A stretch of 16,030 nucleotides of DNA from the NCBI GenBank assembly GCA_036229005.1, contig JAZAMN010000044.1, positions 1-16,030 on the forward strand, read 5' to 3'. This stretch comes from Myxococcota bacterium (lineage in GTDB: Bacteria > Myxococcota_A > UBA796 > CAJQPC01). Below, in pieces: positions 7,736 to 16,030 of this stretch; the first letter of the stretch is position 1; every line of letters starts with the position of its first letter. The notes beneath the pieces are model-generated. The model was given only the letters and a program-made list of their open reading frames with translations. It was not told the DNA's origin and made no database searches. Made by a program: the position numbers and the translations under genes.

Positions 7736-9199
7736 CTAACCCGCTGGCCGGGCGGACAGCGGAACCACGCCGGCGGGGAGGGCCTGGGGGTCTTCGTCGC
7801 GGTCGCGGATCATGCCGTACATGACGCCCACCATCGCCCAGTAGAGCCAGGCGACGGTCACCCGCTGGATGAAGGCGTTGGAGAGGAAGTCGGCCACGAT
7901 GGTCGCGGCCGTCAGGGCGATGATGTAGCGGGCGAAGCTGCGCTCGAAGGGGGAGCCCTCGCGCATCAGGCGCAGCGCCCGGCGGACGACGGTGATCTGG
8001 AGCCCGACGTAGGCCAGCAGCGCGATGGGGCCGAGCTGGTAGAGCAGGCTCAGGTAGTCGTTGTGGGAGTCCAGGTTCTCGGACTTCTCCAGGGAGCGGT
8101 ACATGTCCGCGTAGCCGTCGGTCATCTCGTAGTGACCGCCCAGCCCCAGGCCCAGGACGATGTCGGCGGGATCCTGGCGCATGAACTCCGAGAAGGAGCT
8201 GGTCCAGATCCCGAAGCGGCCGCTTCCCAGGGTGCGCTTGGACCCCATGGCGTCGCCCTCTCCAAAGAGCTGCACGACGTCGGAGAAGCGGTCCAGCATG
8301 GCGTCCGAGGACGCGAAGGCCGCACCTGCGACGAGCCCGGCCACAGCCAGGATGCGCCAGCGCTTCTCCATGGCCAGGAACAGGGTGGAGAAGAGCGCGA
8401 AGCCCGTGAGTGCCGTCCGCACGAAGGTGTAGTACTGGCAGGTCAGGCCAGTGAGCAGGAGCGCTCCGGCCAGCACCCGCTCCAGGGTGGTCCGGGCCTT
8501 CATGGTCCAGAAGAGCAGCAGGCTGTTGGTGAACAGCAGAAACAGGGCGTGGTTGTGCAGGTTCGCGTAGCCGCCGATCAGTCGGTAGTAGCCCTGGCGG
8601 AAGTGCTCGTAGATCTGTCCCGTGGCCAGGTGGTAGGTCGACACCGCCAGGGAGATGAGGCAGGCGCCGGTGACCGCCATGAAGAAGGCCCGGCGCAGGT
8701 CCTGTCCGCGGATCAGCGTCCCGATGAGGAACATCAGGATCAGCGGCGAGACGTACTTGGCCATGATCTCGGCGGCGTCTCGCACCTCGCCGGAGCGGGC
8801 GGCCGCGACGACCAGGATCAGCAGGTAGATCAGCAACAGGACGAAGCCGGGGGTGCGCTCGACCTTGCGCAGCTCCACGTAGAAGAGGACCGCGCCGCCC
8901 GCCGCGACCGCGCCGCCGAAGAGCTCCAGGACGTTGAGGCCGCCGACGTTGACCGGGGCCCACCAGAACAGGTCGATCACCACCCGGATCACGAAGATGG
9001 CGACCAGGCTCTTGGCGGGCTGGGAGAAGAAGTAGAGGCCCGCCGCGATGGCCACGACGGCCCCCAATACCAGCCGGGGGTCGGTGAAGAGGATGAGGCC
9101 CGCCAGCACCGCCACGCCGATGGCGCCGATGCCCACCTCCAGGGAGCGAAGGCCCCCCGGGGTCTGTGGGATTCGCTGGGCCAGGAAGTCCCGCAGCAC
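7736..9199 (-). CDS. O-antigen ligase/polymerase (Wzy_C) family membrane protein, probable Wzy-type polymerase
   Basis: About 12 hydrophobic segments with YRLIGGYANLHN, TFVRTA, SGRFGIW, LGLGLGG and SHNDYL motifs. Starts 2 bp after the wzc stop. Confidence 0.88.
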   Translation of the reverse strand: MLRDFLAQRIPQTPGGLRSLEVGIGAIGVAVLAGLILFTDPRLVLGAVVAIAAGLYFFSQPAKSLVAIFVIRVVIDLFWWAPVNVGGLNVLELFGGAVAAGGAVLFYVELRKVERTPGFVLLLIYLLILVVAAARSGEVRDAAEIMAKYVSPLILMFLIGTLIRGQDLRRAFFMAVTGACLISLAVSTYHLATGQIYEHFRQGYYRLIGGYANLHNHALFLLFTNSLLLFWTMKARTTLERVLAGALLLTGLTCQYYTFVRTALTGFALFSTLFLAMEKRWRILAVAGLVAGAAFASSDAMLDRFSDVVQLFGEGDAMGSKRTLGSGRFGIWTSSFSEFMRQDPADIVLGLGLGGHYEMTDGYADMYRSLEKSENLDSHNDYLSLLYQLGPIALLAYVGLQITVVRRALRLMREGSPFERSFARYIIALTAATIVADFLSNAFIQRVTVAWLYWAMVGVMYGMIRDRDEDPQALPAGVVPLSARPAG

Positions 9200-9201
9200 G
9201 G

Positions 9202-11346
9202 TCAGCTGGCGTCCCGCTCTTCGGCCGGGTCGGCGTAGTAGACCGAGTTGTAGTCGTAGTAGTAGTAGTAGCCGTAGCCCTGGCGGCGCACGTCCAGGCG
9301 GTTGACGATGGCGCCCAGGATGTTGGCCTCCATCTCGCTCAGTCGCTGGCGGGACTGCAGCACCAGGTTCTTGGCGGTGTGGTTGGAGCGCACGGCCATC
9401 ACGACCCCGTCCACCATCCCCGAGAGGATGAGCGGATCAGCCACCGCGGAGACCGGCGGGGAGTCGATCACGATGACGTCGTAGCCGCGGATGGAGTCCA
9501 GCAGCTTGACCATGTCTTCCGAGCCCAGCAGCTCAGCGGGGTTGTCGGGGTGCGGGCCGGCGACGAGCAGGTCGAGGTTGGCCACGGGCGTGTTCCAGAC
9601 GGCCTCCTCCAGCGTGATGCGCTCCGCGAGCACGTCGGTCAGCCCGTTGACGTTCTCCCGCTCGAAGACCTTGTGCTGCGTCGGGCGGCGCAGGTCCGCG
9701 TCGATGAGCAGCACGCGCGAGCCGGTCATGCCGATGACCGCGGAGAGGTTCGAGGAGATGAAGCTCTTGCCCTCCTGGGGGGCCGCGGAGGTCACCAGCA
9801 GGCGCCGCACGGCCTTGTCCGGGGTGCGGAAGAGGATGTTGGTGCGGACGGAGCGCAGAGCCTCGGTCACCGGCGCGCGGGGGCGGCTGTGCACGAAGAG
9901 GTTGCGGGCGAAGTCGCTGGGGAGCTCATCCATCTCCTGCTGGTCGATCTGCGGGACCGCGCCCAGGAAGGGCACGCCGATGTCGGACTCGAGCTCCTCG
10001 CGGGACTTGACGGTGCTGTCGAAGTACTCGAGCGCGAAGGCCAGCGCAACGCCGCCCATGAGCCCGACGACCACGGCGATGGGCACGTTGGTGGAGAGCA
10101 GCGGGCGGACAGGGTCAGGGTTCTCCCAGGCCTGGTCCACGAACTTCACGTTGTTGGCGCGGATGCGGTTGGCCAGGTCGATCTCGTCCACGCGGTCGCC
10201 CAGGCGGTCGAAGTAGTCATCGTCCTTGCTGGCCATCGAGCGCAGGGAGTCCAGCTCCAGCAGCTTCTTGGAGACCTCGTTGAGCTCCTCCTTGGCCTTG
10301 GAGAGCTGCTTCTCGGTGCTCTGCTCCTGCTCCCGCAGCAGCCCCAGCTCGGCCTTGCGGCCGTCGATGTACTGGGCGACCTGCTCGCGGACGATCTCCT
10401 CCTGGGCCCGGATCTTGCCGTCCAGCTCCGCCATGATCGGCATGCCGGCCTTGTAGCGGACCTCGGCGGCCTTGCGCTCCTCGCGCAGGCGCTGCAGGCG
10501 GCTGATGCTCTCCTGGAGCACCGCGTCCTCCTGGGCCAGGTGGGCGGCCAACCCCAGCCAGTCCTTGGAGCGGAGCTTGGCCTGGAGGGTGGCGACGTCG
10601 GTCTCCACGCCGCGGCGCTCCTGGCGGACGGAGGCCAGATCGCGGGTGAGGTTCTTCACGGACTCCTGGACCACGGACTGCTGCTGCTCCGCGCCCTCCA
10701 GGCCGTTCTCGTAGATGAAGATCAGCACCTCTTCGTCGGAGCGGCGCTTGCGGTCCTGGTACTCCTCGCGCTGCTCACGCAGCCGCTCCTTGGCGGCGTC
10801 GGAGTCGGTGCGCGCGCGCTCCAGGTTCAGCTCCATGTAGACCTCGGCGACCAGGTTCGCGAACAGCGCGGCCTTCTCCGGGTCAGGGCTCTCCACGGAG
10901 ATGTGGACCAGCTCGGTGTCGCCCTCTGGGTTCACCGTCAGGTGGTTCTTGAACTCCCGGACCGCCTTGATCTGGCTGGGATCGTCCTCGACGTCGAAGT
11001 CCGTGATGCCATGCTCGGTGCGCAGGCGCTCCAGCACCCGCAGGATCACCGTGCGGGAGCGGAGGATCTTGTACTGGGTGGCGTAGAAGGCGCGCCGCTC
11101 TTCCTGGGTGCGCACGCTCATGAGGTCGGTGGAGACCTCCTGGACGTTGAGCACCATGGGGGCCTTCTGATTGATCTCGATGGTCGCGGTCGCGGAGTAG
11201 ATGGGGGTCCGCAGCAGCGTCCCCACGATGACCGTCGCGACCAGCACCGCGGCGAAGAGCGCGATGGCCCATGCCCGCTTTCGCAGGATCATCCAGTACT
11301 GAACAAGGTTAAGTTCGCGGTAGCTTGGAGCGTGCGGCGAGGACAT
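9202..11346 (-). CDS. wzc: Polysaccharide co-polymerase / BY-kinase (Wzc)
   Basis: N-terminal Wzz-like TM segment (PIYSATATI), periplasmic coiled coil, second TM, Walker A TSAAPQEGKS, LIDADLRRP, Walker B VIVIDSPP and C-terminal Tyr cluster GYGYYYYYDYNSVYY. Confidence 0.97.
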   Translation of the reverse strand: MSSPHAPSYRELNLVQYWMILRKRAWAIALFAAVLVATVIVGTLLRTPIYSATATIEINQKAPMVLNVQEVSTDLMSVRTQEERRAFYATQYKILRSRTVILRVLERLRTEHGITDFDVEDDPSQIKAVREFKNHLTVNPEGDTELVHISVESPDPEKAALFANLVAEVYMELNLERARTDSDAAKERLREQREEYQDRKRRSDEEVLIFIYENGLEGAEQQQSVVQESVKNLTRDLASVRQERRGVETDVATLQAKLRSKDWLGLAAHLAQEDAVLQESISRLQRLREERKAAEVRYKAGMPIMAELDGKIRAQEEIVREQVAQYIDGRKAELGLLREQEQSTEKQLSKAKEELNEVSKKLLELDSLRSMASKDDDYFDRLGDRVDEIDLANRIRANNVKFVDQAWENPDPVRPLLSTNVPIAVVVGLMGGVALAFALEYFDSTVKSREELESDIGVPFLGAVPQIDQQEMDELPSDFARNLFVHSRPRAPVTEALRSVRTNILFRTPDKAVRRLLVTSAAPQEGKSFISSNLSAVIGMTGSRVLLIDADLRRPTQHKVFERENVNGLTDVLAERITLEEAVWNTPVANLDLLVAGPHPDNPAELLGSEDMVKLLDSIRGYDVIVIDSPPVSAVADPLILSGMVDGVVMAVRSNHTAKNLVLQSRQRLSEMEANILGAIVNRLDVRRQGYGYYYYYDYNSVYYADPAEERDAS

Positions 11347-11422
11347 CAGCTATTGGGCCCCATGACAAATAGGCGCGGCGTCCCTTGTCAGTTGACAAGT
11401 GGGAGGGCAAGTTAGCACGACA
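11347..11422. promoter_or_regulatory. Divergent promoter region with TGACAA half-sites
   Basis: Less GC-rich gap between divergent genes. Palindrome CTTGTCA-gt-TGACAAG (11384-11399) contains TTGACA; an extra TGACAA lies at 11363-11368. Confidence 0.5.
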
Positions 11423-13966
11423 ATGGATGGGTCTCCACAAGGACTGCTCGCTCGGTTGATGGCCGCTCGAGATCGGGATCTGCGCTACGGGGAGCTGCTC
11501 CTGGGTGCGCTCTTTCCCCTGTCCTTGCTGCCCTACGCGACGGTCCATCCGGGCTGGCGCGCCGGCATCGCGCTGCTGGCTGGGCTCCTGGGGGCCGCCG
11601 CTGTACTGCGGGGCCTGGCCACCCGCCAGATCGGTCGCAAGGCCGTCATGGTCTTCGCCCCCGCGCTCGGCGCCATGCTGCTCAGCGCGCTGGTCGCGAT
11701 CCCCGCGGGCCCCGGCCTGCGGGACGCCCTGATGCCCGGCCTCTCGGAGGGCCTGAACGCCTCCATCGCGCAGTCCGGTACCCAGGTCCTTCCCCTGGCC
11801 CTGGATCCCCGCCGCGGCCTGCTGGAGTGGGCCGTGAACCTCCAGTGGCTGCTGCTCGCTGGGGGGCTGGCCTTCCTGGTCCGGGACTCCCGCAAGGCGG
11901 CGCGGCTGGCCCGCTTGCTCGTGGGCTCAGGGGTTGGCCTCGTCGTCATCGCGGGGTTGCACCGGCTCACGGGCGCCGAGCATGTGTGGTGGGTGAGCCA
12001 GGTCCCTGGCTACAGCAAAGACCCCTTCTTCGCCCCCTTCGTCAACCCCAACCACGGCGGCATCGCCTGCGCGGCCCTGGCCCCTCTGGCCCTGGCCCTC
12101 TGCGCGCGGGATCGAGGCCCCGGCCGCACCCTCGGCATCGCAGGTCTGGTCGTCTTGGTCGGGGGTGTCCTCCTCTCCGGCAGCCGCGGCGCCCTGCTCG
12201 CCCTCGCCGGCGCGGGCCTCCCCACCCTCTTGCTCCTGGTCAAGCGCCCCGTCCGGATCGGGGTCGGCATGGTCGCGGGGGCCCTGCTGCTGATGGTCCT
12301 GGGCTACGGCATCGAGCCCAGCCTGCGCGCCCTGTCGGAGTTCCTGGTGCCCGACGCCCTGGTGGCCGACCAGGACCTCTACACCGGCCGTGGGGACATC
12401 TACGGAGACGCGCTCGCTGTGGTCCGGGCGGCTCCCCTGCTGGGCGTTGGTCACGGTGGCTTCGACGACGCCTACCGGGTCCTCAAGAGCACGACCGCGT
12501 TCACCGACCCCGTGCACGCCCACCAGGAGCTCATCCAGATCGCCGCCGAGCACGGCCTGCTCGCCTTCGCGCTGTGGGTGGTCGCCTTCGGCAGCCTGAT
12601 GGTCCTGGGTCTCCAGGCCGCCTTCGACCTGGAGAGTCCCCGCCGCCGCTGGATGCTCGCCGGATGGCTGGGCAGCCTCAGCGCCCTGGCCGTGGCCTCG
12701 CAGTTCACCTTCCCCCTGCGCATCGGCGCGCTGGAGGTGCTCGCCGCCACCTGCTCCGGCGCCGTCCTGGGGCTGGCGCAGCTCTCCTCCCGCGACAAGG
12801 TCCCCGATCCCACCCGCAGGCTCTATGGGCTGGGCACCGTCGCCGCGCTGGGCTGGCTCGCGATGGGTCTCTGGGCCGCCACCGGTGGCTCCAGCACCTC
12901 GCTGCTGGGAGACGCCGACGCCGCCGAAGAGCTGGGCGACCAGGCCTTGATCTCCGGGGACCTGGCCAGCGCCCAGGCCGCCTACGAGCTCTCCATCCGG
13001 CGTCAGCCCGTCAACGCCCGCAGCCTGCAGAAGCTCGCCCGCGTCCAGGACAAGCGCGGGGACTGGGCCGCCGTGTTCGACAACCTGGAGGCCGCCACCC
13101 AGGTGCAGCCCGCCAACCCCTGGGTCTGGCGCGACATGGCCCGCCTCAAGCGCGCGCTCACCCTCTACGACGACTCGCGCGACGCCTACGCCCGCATGCT
13201 CGCCCTGGAGCTCCCCGACGCGGACCGCCCCGCCGCCGTGCGCGAGGCCATGCGCGGCCCCGGCAAGCCCTCCGAGATCGCCGCCGCCATCGCCCCCCCC
13301 GAGCGCCCAGAGGTCCTGGTCCTCATCGCCCGCCAGCTCGAAGACAAGGGCGACCGCGAGGCCGCGCAGCTCTACTACACCCGCGCCTTCGAGGGAGACC
13401 CCCGACACGGCTCCGCCCTGGCCGCCGCCCTGCTCCGGTGGAAGCGCAACCCGGAGCGCGCCCTGGAGCTGCTTGGGCGCACCCCCGAGAGCTGCCACAG
13501 CCTGGAGATCCAAGGCCGCGCTCACTTCAAGAAGGGCAACTACGACCAGGCCACCCGGGTCTGGACCCGCACCCTCGGCGAGTGCGCCTCCGACGACGAG
13601 GCCCTTCGGCACCGCCTGCGCATCGGCCTGGCCCGCTGTCAGCTCGAGCAGGGAGACCCCGAGGGCCTGCGCGTGCTGGAGCGCATGGTCAAGGACGACC
13701 CCAAGGACGTCGACGTCTGGCGTGTGCTGGCCCGCGACGCCCGAGAGGAGCGGGATCCCACCCGCCTTGAGCGCTACCTGGAGGGCATCCAGTCCGGGGG
13801 GGAGCTGACGGAGCTGGAGTCTGAGCAGCTCACCCTGCTCCACCTCAACCAGCCCATGTTCGTCGTGCTTGGAGAGGGAGTCCCTGGCGAGAACGAGGAC
13901 AACGGACCGCCGACCAAGCCCCACAAGGGCCAACCCAAGCCCGACAAAGCCAAGGCCACCCCCTGA
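11423..13966 (+). CDS. O-antigen ligase (Wzy_C) family membrane protein fused to C-terminal TPR repeats
   Basis: Multi-TM N-terminal ~490 aa with PFVNPNH, SGSRGA, GRGDIY, PLLGVGHGGF and HAHQELIQ, then TPR-like repeats (AYELSIRRQPVNARSLQKLA, ATQVQPANPWVWRDMA, GRAHFKKGNYDQA). Start is ATG 11423 or 11459. Confidence 0.9.
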   Translation: MDGSPQGLLARLMAARDRDLRYGELLLGALFPLSLLPYATVHPGWRAGIALLAGLLGAAAVLRGLATRQIGRKAVMVFAPALGAMLLSALVAIPAGPGLRDALMPGLSEGLNASIAQSGTQVLPLALDPRRGLLEWAVNLQWLLLAGGLAFLVRDSRKAARLARLLVGSGVGLVVIAGLHRLTGAEHVWWVSQVPGYSKDPFFAPFVNPNHGGIACAALAPLALALCARDRGPGRTLGIAGLVVLVGGVLLSGSRGALLALAGAGLPTLLLLVKRPVRIGVGMVAGALLLMVLGYGIEPSLRALSEFLVPDALVADQDLYTGRGDIYGDALAVVRAAPLLGVGHGGFDDAYRVLKSTTAFTDPVHAHQELIQIAAEHGLLAFALWVVAFGSLMVLGLQAAFDLESPRRRWMLAGWLGSLSALAVASQFTFPLRIGALEVLAATCSGAVLGLAQLSSRDKVPDPTRRLYGLGTVAALGWLAMGLWAATGGSSTSLLGDADAAEELGDQALISGDLASAQAAYELSIRRQPVNARSLQKLARVQDKRGDWAAVFDNLEAATQVQPANPWVWRDMARLKRALTLYDDSRDAYARMLALELPDADRPAAVREAMRGPGKPSEIAAAIAPPERPEVLVLIARQLEDKGDREAAQLYYTRAFEGDPRHGSALAAALLRWKRNPERALELLGRTPESCHSLEIQGRAHFKKGNYDQATRVWTRTLGECASDDEALRHRLRIGLARCQLEQGDPEGLRVLERMVKDDPKDVDVWRVLARDAREERDPTRLERYLEGIQSGGELTELESEQLTLLHLNQPMFVVLGEGVPGENEDNGPPTKPHKGQPKPDKAKATP

Positions 13967-14015
13967 TCTCGCGGCCCCCTGGCGCCCCCGTCGCCTGACA
14001 GGTTACACGCCTGTC

Positions 14016-14999
14016 ATGTCCTTCAACGGTCCCCTCTTCGTGGTCGGCGCCCCCCGCTCGGGGACCAAGCTGCTGCGCACGCTGCTCAACCAGCACAGCC
14101 GCATCGGCATCCCCGACTACGAGACCGAGTTCCTGCCCCGCATGCTCGACATCCAGGGCCGCTGGGACCTGCACAGCGCCCAGGGATTCGAGGACTTCTA
14201 CGCCTGGGCCACGCGCTTCATGTACTTCAAGTACATGGACGAGGAGGGCCGCCTCATCCGCCCCGAGCAGTGGCTGGCCGCCGCCCCCAGCCGCACCCCC
14301 GCCGGGCTCTTCGAGGGCCTCTGCCGCCACGACGGCGGCGTCCCCCTGGGCACCCAGGGCATCTGGGGCGACAAGAGCCCCAACTACCGCAACAACCTGC
14401 CTCAGCTCCGGCAGCTCTACCCCAAGGCCCGCTTCGTCCACATCGTCCGGGACGTGCGCGATGTGGTGCTCAGCTCCCAGAAGGCCTGGGGCAAGGACCC
14501 GGTGCGGAACGCCCAGCGCTGGATGGACGAGCTCAGCGCCTGCCGCGCCTGGGGCCAGAGCTTCGGCCCCACCGCCTGGCTGGAGATCCGCTACGAGGAC
14601 CTGGTCCAGGACCCCGAGCCTTGGCTGCGCGCCATCTGTCGCTTCGTGGGGGTGCCCTTCGAGCCCGCCATGCTGCGCCCCGACCGCGCCGCCGAGAACC
14701 TGGGCGACACCAAGGGTGTTGTCGGAATCGTGGCCTCCAACACCGAGAAGTGGCGAGAGCGCATGGATCCCGCGCTGCTCCGCCGGGTCGAGGCCCTCTG
14801 CGGCCCCTTGCTGGCCGAGCTCGGCTATCCCTTGGCCCACGCGCCCCAGCCCACCGAGCGGGTCCACCCCGCCGAGCTGTCTCTGCGCAAGCTGGCCGAC
14901 GGCGCCCAACTCATGCGCTTCCGCGTGCGCGATTGGGGGCTCCGCGACGCGATTCGCTACAGCCTGAGCGCCGCCGAGTCGACCCTTGTGAAGCGCTGA
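14016..14999 (+). CDS. PAPS-dependent sulfotransferase family protein
   Basis: 5'-PSB loop PLFVVGAPRSGTKLL, WGDKSP, 3'-PB motif HIVRDVRDVVLS and IRYEDLVQDP. ATG 14016. Confidence 0.95.
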   Translation: MSFNGPLFVVGAPRSGTKLLRTLLNQHSRIGIPDYETEFLPRMLDIQGRWDLHSAQGFEDFYAWATRFMYFKYMDEEGRLIRPEQWLAAAPSRTPAGLFEGLCRHDGGVPLGTQGIWGDKSPNYRNNLPQLRQLYPKARFVHIVRDVRDVVLSSQKAWGKDPVRNAQRWMDELSACRAWGQSFGPTAWLEIRYEDLVQDPEPWLRAICRFVGVPFEPAMLRPDRAAENLGDTKGVVGIVASNTEKWRERMDPALLRRVEALCGPLLAELGYPLAHAPQPTERVHPAELSLRKLADGAQLMRFRVRDWGLRDAIRYSLSAAESTLVKR

Positions 15000-15068
15000 A
15001 CGGTCCCGGAGGGCTGACGCCCCCTGCCCGGCGCGGTATCTTCCCCTTGAACCCTTGAGCCTGAGCGC

Positions 15069-15461
15069 ATGTCCACGGACGAAGCCGACAACGACTTCCT
15101 GGAGCAGCTGGAGCGTGAGCACCAGGAGGCCAAGGAGCGCTTCGCCAAGCGCAAGGAGATGTCCAAGGAGCGCCGCGAGGCCCGCCGGGAGGAGAAGTCC
15201 GAGAAGGCCGAGCTCGAGCGCCAGCGCAAGCTGCGCGAGAAGTTCTACAAGGAGCACGGCTACAAGCGCTACGTCTCCAGCCGCGGCAAGGTCATGTGGC
15301 TGCTGCCCGAGGAGTACGAGTGGCGCACCCGCGCCCGCAAGGCCCGCGATCAGCGGCACTCCAAGTACCGGAACGTCGGCGACAAGGCCAAGCAGGAGAA
15401 GCTGCTGTGGATCGGCCTGGTCCTGATCGCCATGGTGATCGGCCTGGCCCTGCTGCGCTGA
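15069..15461 (+). CDS. Hypothetical protein: charged coiled coil with C-terminal transmembrane anchor
   Basis: 130 aa with an E/K/R-rich helix and C-terminal LLWIGLVLIAMVIGLALLR. Codon usage matches neighbouring genes. Confidence 0.85.
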   Translation: MSTDEADNDFLEQLEREHQEAKERFAKRKEMSKERREARREEKSEKAELERQRKLREKFYKEHGYKRYVSSRGKVMWLLPEEYEWRTRARKARDQRHSKYRNVGDKAKQEKLLWIGLVLIAMVIGLALLR

Positions 15462-15464
15462 CCG

Positions 15465-15527
15465 CTCTGGCCGCAGCGCTGAGTCCTCTGGCCGCAGCGC
15501 TGAGTTCTCCCGCCGCAGCGCTGAGTT
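15465..15527. repeat. 21-bp tandem repeat, 3 copies
   Basis: CTC(TG/CC)GCCGCAGCGCTGAGT(C/T) at 15465, 15486 and 15507, filling the gap between convergent genes. Confidence 0.92.
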
Positions 15528-15860
15528 CTACTCCGTAACGGTCACCGTCAGGTAGGCCCGGTCCGGGCCGGTCTGCGCCATGATCTCCGCCTCGCCGGCC
15601 TTCTCCCAGGTCAGGGTGATGCCGTCCTGGTAGGCCATGTCCACCGGCGTCACGCGGATCACCGTGCCGCCCATCACCGCCTTGCCGTCGCAGGTGGGCC
15701 ACACCGTCCAGGTGTCCCCGATCGCGGGCGGGTCCTCGCCGTCAAAGCCGACGCCGACCTCCTCGCAGCCCTCGGGCTCCGGGTACTCGACGGGCTCGGT
15801 GTCCTCGGTCACGGTGCCGGTGTCCTCGCCTGCGGTACAGGCCAGCAAGAGCAGGAGCAT
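15528..15860 (-). CDS. Hypothetical small lipoprotein (110 aa), possibly an Ig-like beta domain
   Basis: GGAGAGAGAG RBS, ATG 15860, N-terminus MLLLLLAC, acidic Thr/Glu linker, beta-strand-like C-terminus (AGEAEIMAQTG...YLTVTVTE). Confidence 0.8.
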   Translation of the reverse strand: MLLLLLACTAGEDTGTVTEDTEPVEYPEPEGCEEVGVGFDGEDPPAIGDTWTVWPTCDGKAVMGGTVIRVTPVDMAYQDGITLTWEKAGEAEIMAQTGPDRAYLTVTVTE

Positions 15861-15933
15861 GTCTCTCTCTCCAGAGCGGTGGGGCCCGGAGTATCGCACG
15901 CCACCCAGCCGCACCTCCCCCAACCGAATAGAG

Positions 15934-16030
<97 letters not shown>

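Noticed and set aside
6353..13933. Long antisense or alternate-frame ORFs (6353-9238, 9166-11415, 11927-13933, 11827-13770; likewise 3413-5125 and 5061-6281)
   Set aside because: They are shadows of well-supported genes in high-GC DNA, with no recognisable motifs and biased composition.

Overview
GC-rich bacterial window, probably a whole metagenomic contig: it starts inside a repeat and ends in a poly-C tract. A Myxococcota-like origin is inferred from gene style only. I support 12 CDS. Left part: a minus-strand run (TPR-cyclophilin lipoprotein, EEP-family lipoprotein, hypothetical protein) divergent from an M81/MlrC-family metallopeptidase. Centre and right: a divergent surface-polysaccharide locus, with wzc - O-antigen polymerase/ligase - patatin-like protein - short Wza on the minus strand and O-antigen-ligase/TPR fusion - sulfotransferase on the plus strand, followed by two small hypothetical genes. 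No flippase, glycosyltransferase, Wzb or beta-barrel gene is visible. Most notable observations: (i) a probable sulfated, possibly lipid- or protein-linked glycan system with an embedded patatin that has EGG in place of the catalytic DGG; (ii) four proteins with ultra-short, uncharged signal peptides; (iii) three structured intergenic repeat elements (245-bp, 31-bp with a mirrored arm, and 21-bp periods). All protein calls come from motif recognition by eye; no database search was run.
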